Assembly: GCA_035628595.1 (NCBI GenBank)
Contig: DASPJN010000254.1
Location: forward strand, 5,611 to 69,610
Direction: 5' to 3'
DNA from: Chryseosolibacter sp.
GTDB taxonomy: Bacteria > Bacteroidota > Bacteroidia > Cytophagales > Cyclobacteriaceae
DNA: 64,000 nt
Of this stretch, positions 56,718 to 64,000 are shown piece after piece (within the stretch, counting starts at the first letter, position 1; each line of letters starts with the position of its first letter). A program made the translations under genes and the position numbers. The notes beneath the pieces were generated by a model. That model searched no databases and was not told where the DNA came from. It saw only the letters and a list, made by a program, of their open reading frames with translations.

Positions 56718-57095
56718 TTAAGTAAGGACTAACTCTATCAATTCGCGCTGCACGTTCCAATCCTTTGCGAGTTTAAGCATTGCTGTCGCTTCCATTTCGG
56801 TAACATAGCCTTTTAGGTTATTGGCCTGCCAGACCATGTTGATCAGCTCGACACGTTTTTCTTTTGGGTAATCGCCGATTACGTTGTTGAGATAATCGCG
56901 CGCGCGGTCAAAAGCGGTTACGTAGTTTTCGGCAATGTAATTTAGCGCCCATTGATACTCCTCTGCCGCATCAAGCTCAGCTGACGTTTGATCTAGGTTG
57001 TGCCGTTCCATTTCATCAAGTCCATGGTAGTGGAATATCACTGACTTTAATAACATGTAAACCTTTTTCTCTTCTGGCGACATAACCATAAACAT
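56718..57095 (-). CDS. TerB-like helical protein, function unknown
   Basis: Helical pattern with acidic clusters (HYHGLDEMERHNLD...ELINMVWQANNLKGYVTEMEATAMLKLA). Start is ambiguous: ATG at 57095, or TTG at 57122, which lies 10 nt after the hemW stop. Confidence 0.45.
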   Translation of the reverse strand: MFMVMSPEEKKVYMLLKSVIFHYHGLDEMERHNLDQTSAELDAAEEYQWALNYIAENYVTAFDRARDYLNNVIGDYPKEKRVELINMVWQANNLKGYVTEMEATAMLKLAKDWNVQRELIELVLT

Positions 57096-57132
57096 AGAAG
57101 CAAAATACGTAAAGTCGGGCAAGTAGTTTTGT

Positions 57133-58260
57133 TCAGATCAAAAATAAATCGCTTGCAATCTTGTCTGCTAGCAGTATTCCTTTTCGCGTCAGCGTCAGCG
57201 AGCCATTTTGCCAGAAAGCCATTTCATTTGAAATAAGATCTGAAATATAGTCGCTGTTTTCCGCCAAAATATCATAACTATAAAGTTCCTTGAGTTGCGT
57301 ATGGTCGCAGCCCCATTGCGTTCGCAGGCTTGTCATGATGAATTCGTTCACCTGGTCGTTTCGCGTAAGCAACTCTTTCTCTGCGGGAATCTTATTTTCT
57401 AGAAGCGCTTTTATATATAAGGCATTGTTGCTGATATTATACTGGCGTGACGTTCCGTTGTACGAATGTGCGCTTGGACCCACACCAATATATTTCTGCT
57501 GTCTCCAGTAGTTACTATTGTGCTTTGAAAAATATCCGGGCTTAGCAAAATTAGAGACTTCATAATGCTCATAGCCGGCATTAGTGAGTTTTTCCACCAG
57601 CATTTCGAGGTGATGCGCAGCGACTGAATCTGGCGGGGCTTTCAGTCGTCCCGCCTTCACCCATTTACCGAAAACAGTCTTCTCTTCAATGGTAAGCGAA
57701 TATGCAGAGATGTGTTCAGGATGAAGATCGAGACACATGTTAACGTTCCGGATCCAGTCTGCTTCTGACTGACCTGGCAAGGCGTAAATCAAGTCAACTG
57801 AAATATTCGCAAACCCGGCTTCCCGGGCATCCATGTATGAGTTGATGGCAACCTTGCTGCTGTGAGCCCGGTTTAGGAATTGTAAGATGTCATCGTTAAA
57901 CGTCTGTATGCCAATGCTAAGCCTGTTGAAGCCCAGCTGCTTCAAAACATAAAGATTCTCCTTCGTGAGATCGTCCGGATTTGCCTCACACGTTGCTTCA
58001 ATAACCTCTTTTGCGGGATAGTGAAGTCTGATGCTTTGCATTATCCGTTCAAGGTTAGTTGACGAAAGAAGCGAAGGAGTTCCGCCACCAAGATAAATTG
58101 TCTCAAGTGCCTCGCCGCCAAGATAGTCGGAGCGCAATCCCAACTCGCGGCAAATTGCATCGGTCATTTTATCCTGATCACTGCTGTTGGTTGAAAAGTG
58201 AAAGTCGCAGTAGTAGCAAGCCTGTTTGCAAAAAGGAATATGAACGTAGACTCCTGCCAT
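57133..58260 (-). CDS. hemW: Radical SAM heme chaperone HemW (HemN-like, coproporphyrinogen oxidase family)
   Basis: YVHIPFCKQACYYCDF (CxxxCxxC), GGGTPS and the HemN C-terminal domain. Confidence 0.85.
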   Translation of the reverse strand: MAGVYVHIPFCKQACYYCDFHFSTNSSDQDKMTDAICRELGLRSDYLGGEALETIYLGGGTPSLLSSTNLERIMQSIRLHYPAKEVIEATCEANPDDLTKENLYVLKQLGFNRLSIGIQTFNDDILQFLNRAHSSKVAINSYMDAREAGFANISVDLIYALPGQSEADWIRNVNMCLDLHPEHISAYSLTIEEKTVFGKWVKAGRLKAPPDSVAAHHLEMLVEKLTNAGYEHYEVSNFAKPGYFSKHNSNYWRQQKYIGVGPSAHSYNGTSRQYNISNNALYIKALLENKIPAEKELLTRNDQVNEFIMTSLRTQWGCDHTQLKELYSYDILAENSDYISDLISNEMAFWQNGSLTLTRKGILLADKIASDLFLI

Positions 58261-58308
58261 TATTCCTGCAAACTTAGTTGTCTATTCTCAAACCCGCGAA
58301 TTCTTATA

Positions 58309-58316
58309 TACTTTTG
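58309..58316 (+). promoter_or_regulatory. Candidate -7 promoter box 5 nt upstream of the DUF4271 ATG (leaderless mRNA implied)
   Basis: TACTTTTG matches TAnnTTTG; the ATG is at 58322. Confidence 0.3.
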
Positions 58317-58321
58317 CGACC

Positions 58322-59410
58322 ATGTTTCGTAGTGCGCTATTTCTGATTACCGTTTTTGCCTTCCCGAATCTCTTTGGTCAGCAGCGGGTCGTCGTAAAGG
58401 ACCTGTCAAATGAATGGAAGATTTTTGAGGATGGTGCCATGTCAGCCCATCCTTCTGAGATAAATGAGACGATTCATTTCACGCTGGAATTGAATCAATA
58501 TGGAGGAAAATACCTGCTGCTGAACTCAGGAAGAACGTACCACGTGTTTATCAACGGGAAAATGATTCTCTCAGCCCTCGGCGGACGTTTGCTACCGATC
58601 GACAGTCTAAAATCGGTTTTTTATTCTTCGGAAATTCACATTGCGATTCACCAGGAAGCATTCAATCCACGAGGGTTCAGTTCACAAATCGTAGAATGGA
58701 AAATGCCGGATGTGACGGCTGTCGTGCCGAATCCGTCTTCATACTTCCGCGATTTTGTAGCTGCAGCCGGCCTTATCCTGATTATTATTTTCGTCGCATT
58801 GCTACGAACCAACAGCAAGTTGTCTTCGGATTATTTTTCTGTTGGCCGAATTTTATCGCTTCGTGATTCGGACGACAACCCAGCTCATTCACGAGTTGCG
58901 ATTAGTTCAAACGTTGGTTTTTATTTATTCGCGAGCCTGTTGCTTGGGTACTTCCTGCTGATTGTGTTTACGATGTTGCCACATGCTTTTCAGATCGCGC
59001 TTCCATTCGAACATAGCACATTCATTCAGGTGGCCGGTCAATGGCTTGGACTCAGCGTGTTGTTGTTGTCGCTATTCATTGTGAAACTCGTGGTTATATT
59101 CTCTCTTGCGTCACTTTTCGGAATCAGACCTTTGGCGGGCACTCATTTTTTCAATTGGATCAGGCTGATTTTGGTTCTGACCAGTATATTATCCGTTGTT
59201 GCCTTTGCTTTTTTCATTAACAGAAAATATGAATCGGATTTGTATGTTACACTGCTTACAATTCTCGCTTCATTTTTTACCGTATGGATCATCCTGGCGT
59301 TTTTCAAACTCGCGAATCGCAGCCAGCACACGATGTTCCATTTATTTTCTTACATTTGTGCGACCGAAGTAATACCCTTGATAATTACTATCAAGGTACT
59401 TTTCAGATAA
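58322..59410 (+). CDS. DUF4271 domain-containing membrane protein
   Basis: Signal/TM helix, a soluble domain of about 120 aa, then 6 TM helices. I recall the position directly upstream of hemD as the usual DUF4271 context in Bacteroidota. Confidence 0.6.
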   Translation: MFRSALFLITVFAFPNLFGQQRVVVKDLSNEWKIFEDGAMSAHPSEINETIHFTLELNQYGGKYLLLNSGRTYHVFINGKMILSALGGRLLPIDSLKSVFYSSEIHIAIHQEAFNPRGFSSQIVEWKMPDVTAVVPNPSSYFRDFVAAAGLILIIIFVALLRTNSKLSSDYFSVGRILSLRDSDDNPAHSRVAISSNVGFYLFASLLLGYFLLIVFTMLPHAFQIALPFEHSTFIQVAGQWLGLSVLLLSLFIVKLVVIFSLASLFGIRPLAGTHFFNWIRLILVLTSILSVVAFAFFINRKYESDLYVTLLTILASFFTVWIILAFFKLANRSQHTMFHLFSYICATEVIPLIITIKVLFR

Positions 59411-59437
59411 GAATAGACCTAGTTTTTTAGTGCTGAT

Positions 59438-60214
59438 ATGAGTGAAACCGCTACTGACAGAATGCGAAAAGTAAAAAGCGTTCTCGTTACCCAAGAAGCC
59501 CCTGCAGATGCAAATTCCCCTTACATAAAGCTGGCTGAAAAGTATAATCTCAAAATCGATTTCAGACCTTTTATTCAGGTTGAACCTGTTCCTGTTAAAG
59601 AGTTTCGGAAACAAAAAATTGACATCCTTCAGCACACGGCGATAATTTTCACCAGCAGAAACGCTGTGGATCATTTCTTTCATATTTGTCAGGAGTTGAA
59701 GATTGAAATGCCTGCCGATATGAAATATTTTTGCATATCTGAGCAAACCTCAAACTACCTTCAAAAGTATATCGTCATTCGCAAGCGCAAGATTTTCACT
59801 GGCCTGAAAACGGCACAAGATCTTCTTGAGATTTTAAAAAAGCATAAGACCGAGAAGTATCTTTTTCCGTGTTCGGACATCCGCAAAAATGACATTCCAG
59901 ACTTCTTGAAAAACAACGGGTTCCAGTATACTGAAGCCATCATTTATCATACTGTCGCGGCCGACTTATCGGATCTTAAAGAGGTGTTTTACGATATACT
60001 GGCCTTCTTTAGTCCGTCTGGAATAAACTCGTTGTATGTTAATTTTCCAGAATTTAAACAAAATAATACTCGGATTGCCGCGTTCGGTCCTACGACAGCA
60101 AAGGCAGTGCGGGATGCGGGTCTGATTCTCGATATTGAAGCTCCATTACCCAATGCTCCATCTATGACCGGGGCTCTTGAACTGTACATTAAAAAGGCAA
60201 ACGGAGTTAAGTAA
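59438..60214 (+). CDS. hemD: Uroporphyrinogen-III synthase
   Basis: HEM4-like two-lobe pattern: VLVTQ..., IIFTSRNAVDHFF, FFSPSGINSL, AAFGPTTAKAV. Confidence 0.7.
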   Translation: MSETATDRMRKVKSVLVTQEAPADANSPYIKLAEKYNLKIDFRPFIQVEPVPVKEFRKQKIDILQHTAIIFTSRNAVDHFFHICQELKIEMPADMKYFCISEQTSNYLQKYIVIRKRKIFTGLKTAQDLLEILKKHKTEKYLFPCSDIRKNDIPDFLKNNGFQYTEAIIYHTVAADLSDLKEVFYDILAFFSPSGINSLYVNFPEFKQNNTRIAAFGPTTAKAVRDAGLILDIEAPLPNAPSMTGALELYIKKANGVK

Positions 60215-60326
60215 CAGCTTCATTTCTTGGATTTTACGAAGAGCTGTATTTTATTACACTTTAATTACATGCCGATTGAAAGTGTCGTAAAAAAGAGTTT
60301 ACTTTAAATCCTATTTTTTAACCTTG

Positions 60327-61277
60327 ATGCTGAACCGCATTTTTTATACTCTGTTGATAGTTTTGTCTTGGGTATCAGGCTATGCTCAGCAGGATCCGCA
60401 ATTCACCCAATACATGTTCAATAACCTTTACCTCACGCCAGCCTACGCAGGCGTCGATGGGGTTACTCAAGTGACAGTCTTTCACCGCAGTCAGTGGTTG
60501 GGTTATGAATCAAGCTTTGGCGATGGTGGCGCCCCGACAACTCAAATGGTGAACTTCACTACGCCAGTTTTCAAACTCAGAAGCGGTTTCGGATTTTATG
60601 CTACATCAGATAAACTGGGTCCGCAAACCAACAATGAGATTCAAACAATGTATGCTTATCATCTTGGCATTAAGGACAGCAAGTTAAGCATCGCCTTGAA
60701 GGCCGGAGTTTACTCAATGTCAATCAATGGCAGACATTACCGATACATTGATCAGGGCGACGAATTGATCAATGAAGGAAAAGTTTCACAGATTTTGCCA
60801 GACCTCGGCTTCGGTCTTTTTTACAGATCCGAAAAGTACTATGCTGGGCTTTCTGTCAACCATCTTTTGAGGTCTCAGTTCGATTTTGGTGTTAATAAAT
60901 CCCGAAATGCACTTGAGAATCACATGAATTTCACCGCAGGCTATTTTCACGAGGTGAACTTCGACCTGAAAGTCAGTCCGTCTATCCTCGTTAAAACCGA
61001 CTTAAAGGAATATTCTTTCGATCTTGGAATTATTGCCACTTTGAAAGATAAGATGTGGGCCGGTTTGTCGTTTAGACAATCGGAGGCAGCCAATGTTTTG
61101 CTTGGTTATAGTTTTTTGAAAGACAGATCATTGAGATTAGGCTATGCGATCGACGTTGTGGTTAAGGACCGTGAAGCAAAAGAAAATTTTTCGCATGAGA
61201 TGATGATCAGTTACCAACTTCCCGTTAATCCGGGTACCGGTAAAAAGGTTGTAAGAACGCCGAGGTATCGGCATTAA
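60327..61277 (+). CDS. Type IX secretion system membrane protein PorP/SprF family
   Basis: Signal peptide, then AQQDPQFTQYMFNNLYLTPAYAG, the family's N-terminal signature. Beta-barrel pattern. Confidence 0.85.
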   Translation: MLNRIFYTLLIVLSWVSGYAQQDPQFTQYMFNNLYLTPAYAGVDGVTQVTVFHRSQWLGYESSFGDGGAPTTQMVNFTTPVFKLRSGFGFYATSDKLGPQTNNEIQTMYAYHLGIKDSKLSIALKAGVYSMSINGRHYRYIDQGDELINEGKVSQILPDLGFGLFYRSEKYYAGLSVNHLLRSQFDFGVNKSRNALENHMNFTAGYFHEVNFDLKVSPSILVKTDLKEYSFDLGIIATLKDKMWAGLSFRQSEAANVLLGYSFLKDRSLRLGYAIDVVVKDREAKENFSHEMMISYQLPVNPGTGKKVVRTPRYRH

Positions 61278-61385
61278 GCGACAATAAGTTTGCCTTTTGA
61301 GAACTTTTTATTGAATTTGGAAATCAATTTTTAAAAATCGCAACATATCCTTTATCTTTCGAGTCTGTAATCTTTCAAATATTGT

Positions 61386-62471
61386 ATGAATAGATCGGTA
61401 TCTTCTAAACTAGTTTTAATCTTCGCAGGGGCGCTTGCCAGCGCCTGTGGTCTGCTCGGCCTTGGAGGGAAAAGAGGCGGCGATCAGGGTGAAGTAGTTG
61501 GTGTTCCGGGAAGAGAGGGCTGGGTCATGACAATTCCATACGGAATGGTGCCAATACCTGCCGGTACTTTTCATATGGGCCAGGCTGATGAAGATCCCGC
61601 GTCGACCCAAATCAATTTTAATAAGCAAGTTACAATCGGCTCATTTTTCATGGATGATACCGAAATTACAAATAACGAGTACCGTCAGTTCACAAACTTT
61701 TTCCTTGTAGACAACGGAAGCATCGAAGGATTCGAAACAGTTGATGCTGAAACTTTCAGACTACTTTATTATCCTGATACCGCTTCGTGGGTGAAAGATT
61801 TTGCGCACCACATGGGCGACCCTATCCAGGATTATTATTACTGGCATCCAGGTTACGATGATTACCCTGTAGTTGGTATTGATTGGGATGCTGCTGTTTT
61901 CTTCGGCAAGTGGAGAACCGCGTACCTGAACGATTACAGAAAGAGTATCGGCGATTTCCCAATGCCGGAATTCAGATTGCCTTCTGAGGCAGAGTGGGAG
62001 TATGCTGCCCGTGGCGGCCGTGACATGGCAAAGTATCCCTGGGGTAATCCGTATGTACGAAACTCCAAGGGTTGTATGCTCGCGAATTTCAAGCCAGGCC
62101 GCGGGAACTTTTATGACGATGGTTTCGCTTATAGTTCTCCTGTGCAATCATACTTTCCTAACGATTATGGATTATATGACATGTCCGGAAATGTTTCTGA
62201 ATGGTGTCTCGACGATTTTAATCCAGCGTCTGTTCCAACCGTTTGGGATTTGAACCCGCAGTATATTGATGAGAGAACGAATCCTGAAAGCAGTTCTTAC
62301 AATCCTCGGGTTCCGCCGAAGAAAGTTGTGAGAGGAGGTTCATGGAAAGATGTTGCATATTATCTGGAGACTGGAACACGCGCATATGAATTCCGGGATT
62401 CAACGCGTGCCTATATCGGGTTCCGTTGCGCGATGACACATCTTGGTCGTTCATCAGGACAGGAATTTTAG
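61386..62471 (+). CDS. gldK: Gliding motility/T9SS lipoprotein GldK (PorK; SUMF1/FGE fold)
   Basis: Lipobox LASAC. FMDDTEITNNEYRQF, LPSEAEWEYAARGG and VVRGGSW motifs of the FGE-sulfatase fold. Sits upstream of gldL and gldM. Confidence 0.9.
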   Translation: MNRSVSSKLVLIFAGALASACGLLGLGGKRGGDQGEVVGVPGREGWVMTIPYGMVPIPAGTFHMGQADEDPASTQINFNKQVTIGSFFMDDTEITNNEYRQFTNFFLVDNGSIEGFETVDAETFRLLYYPDTASWVKDFAHHMGDPIQDYYYWHPGYDDYPVVGIDWDAAVFFGKWRTAYLNDYRKSIGDFPMPEFRLPSEAEWEYAARGGRDMAKYPWGNPYVRNSKGCMLANFKPGRGNFYDDGFAYSSPVQSYFPNDYGLYDMSGNVSEWCLDDFNPASVPTVWDLNPQYIDERTNPESSSYNPRVPPKKVVRGGSWKDVAYYLETGTRAYEFRDSTRAYIGFRCAMTHLGRSSGQEF

Positions 62472-62531
62472 AACGTAAACACTAAATTGTATTATTATAT
62501 TATCAAAGTATAGAACTTAAACCTTACTAAA

Positions 62532-63350
62532 ATGAGCAAGAAAAAAGGCGGATTCACGGAGCTTATGTACAAAACCATAATGCCGAAAGTGTATGGTATC
62601 GGTGCGGCGGTTGTAATTATTGGTGCTCTCTTTAAGATTCTTCACATTGAGGGAGCTGACCAAATGTTGATGATTGGACTTTCGGTAGAAGCTGGTATAT
62701 TTTTCTTAAGTGCATTTGAACCACCGCATGCTGAAGTGGATTGGTCAAAGGTTTACCCGGAGTTGGCTGAAGAATATGAAGCACCAGCAGTATCTACTCC
62801 ACGTTTAAGCAATAAACCGACTGCATCTCTTACACAGCAATTGGATGTCTCCCTTGAAAAGGCCAAAATAGGCCCTGAGTTGCTTGATAGCCTTGGTAAA
62901 GGATTGAACAACCTTGCAGAATCTGCAAAGAAGATGTCAACTCTTTCTGATGCCGCAGTAGCAACGAACGATTACGCAAAGAACGTTCAGACTGCATCTA
63001 AGTCACTTGCCGAAATGAACAAGTCATACGATGTTGCAATTAAGGCAGTTTCGTCTATGGCAGATGCGTCAAAAGATGCAGGAGAGTATCATACACAGGT
63101 TCAAAAAGTAACGAAGAATCTTGCTGCTTTGAATTCAGTATATGAAATGGAGTTGAAAGATGCTGATGCACACGTGAAGAACATGAACAAGTTTTATGAG
63201 AGTCTTACTGGCGCAATGCAGGGTCTTTCGAAGGTGGGTGATAACACAGCGAAATTCACTGGTGAACTTGGCAAGCTCACTGACAATCTTTCTGCGCTCA
63301 ATAATGTTTATGGCAGCATGTTGACTGCTATGAAGGGCAGCAGTAAGTAA
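62532..63350 (+). CDS. gldL: Gliding motility/T9SS motor protein GldL (PorL)
   Basis: YGIGAAVVIIGALFKILH and second TM helix MIGLSVEAGIFFLSAFEP (conserved Glu), followed by a long helical cytoplasmic tail. Confidence 0.9.
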   Translation: MSKKKGGFTELMYKTIMPKVYGIGAAVVIIGALFKILHIEGADQMLMIGLSVEAGIFFLSAFEPPHAEVDWSKVYPELAEEYEAPAVSTPRLSNKPTASLTQQLDVSLEKAKIGPELLDSLGKGLNNLAESAKKMSTLSDAAVATNDYAKNVQTASKSLAEMNKSYDVAIKAVSSMADASKDAGEYHTQVQKVTKNLAALNSVYEMELKDADAHVKNMNKFYESLTGAMQGLSKVGDNTAKFTGELGKLTDNLSALNNVYGSMLTAMKGSSK

Positions 63351-63391
63351 TTTGATTCTTTATAAACGAAATATTCAAATAAACATAGAAT

Positions 63392-64000
63392 ATGGCAGGA
63401 GGTAAGGAAACACCCAGGCAGAAGATGATCGGTATGATGTACTTGGTACTCACGGCTCTTCTTGCGCTGCAGGTTAGTAATGCAGTTTTGGAAAAATTCG
63501 CCATCATCGAAGCTACTCTTACAGAGATGTTGCATCAGGGTGGCGAGAAGAACAGACATGCACTGAGAGCGATTATCGAGGAAGCAGGCAAGAGCCAGAA
63601 TGCAAGGGTTGTTCACGCTAAGGAGAATGCACAAAAAGTGCGCGACCTTACCGTCTCGACTTTAGCATATATCGAACAATTGAAAAAGCGGTTCATGGAG
63701 ATGTCTGGATCTGACAAGGTAGATGAGAAGATCATCAACGACCACAGTTCCAAGGTGGCGTCTTTCATGATGAAGAATCCGGAAGGAAAGAAGTTTGAGA
63801 CAATGCTGAATGATTATGTCGCAAAACTCAAGGAATACTCAGGTCTAGGCGACAAGGAGTTCCCAACGCTGGCGCGTGCACCGAAAGACATGGAAATGTT
63901 TGCCGGAGATACAGATCATGCAAATAAGGATTTCTTGACATTTACGTTTGAAAACACGCCGGTAATTGCAGCTCTTGCTTCTGTTACGCAGATTCAAACG
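63392..64000 (+). CDS. gldM: Gliding motility/T9SS motor protein GldM (PorM), N-terminal part; continues beyond the window
   Basis: Not in the ORF track because no stop is reached. My translation from ATG 63392 gives MAGGKETPRQKMIGMMYLVLTALLALQVSNAVLEKF...FENTPVIAALASVTQIQT, the GldM N-terminal signature. Confidence 0.88.
   Translation, partial: MAGGKETPRQKMIGMMYLVLTALLALQVSNAVLEKFAIIEATLTEMLHQGGEKNRHALRAIIEEAGKSQNARVVHAKENAQKVRDLTVSTLAYIEQLKKRFMEMSGSDKVDEKIINDHSSKVASFMMKNPEGKKFETMLNDYVAKLKEYSGLGDKEFPTLARAPKDMEMFAGDTDHANKDFLTFTFENTPVIAALASVTQIQT

Noticed and set aside
59342-59746. 134-aa minus-strand ORF spanning the DUF4271/hemD junction.
   Set aside because: It overlaps two well-supported plus-strand genes, and the sequence shows no recognisable fold signature.

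Overview
This looks like a core-chromosome segment of a Bacteroidota genome. The diagnostic evidence is porP/sprF-gldK-gldL-gldM (type IX secretion/gliding) at the right edge, several Bacteroidota-restricted DUF families (DUF4270, DUF4271, DUF4286, DUF4834), TTTG-N19-TAnnTTTG style promoters, and almost no Shine-Dalgarno sites. About 65 densely packed protein genes lie on both strands, plus one tRNA-His. Most are housekeeping genes: der, murQ, carB, dapF, secA, panCD, glmS, gltX, serS, rho, pyrC, dxs, scpA, hemW and hemD. I saw no transposase, integrase, prophage, CRISPR array or recognisable defence or toxin genes, so this is not an obvious accessory island. The best candidate for an uncharacterised system is a translationally coupled six-gene membrane/MoxR AAA+ operon at 5792-12032. 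It encodes a SpoIIM-like protein, a polytopic membrane protein, DUF4129, DUF4350, MoxR and DUF58, and an RDD plus heme/steroid-binding-like gene pair sits nearby on the opposite strand. Secondary oddities are: an archaeal-type PcrB/GGGP-synthase homologue coupled to small membrane proteins; a truncated, motif-degenerate glycogen-synthase-like gene fused in an operon with a DUF4270 lipoprotein; a carB lacking the allosteric domain; Rho with a long charged insertion and a G-free leader; a divergent hemW / DUF4271-hemD arrangement; and several -7 promoter boxes placed so close to ATGs that leaderless mRNAs are implied. All functional calls come from recognising motifs by eye in the supplied translations. 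No database or HMM search was run, so family names are recollections to be verified.
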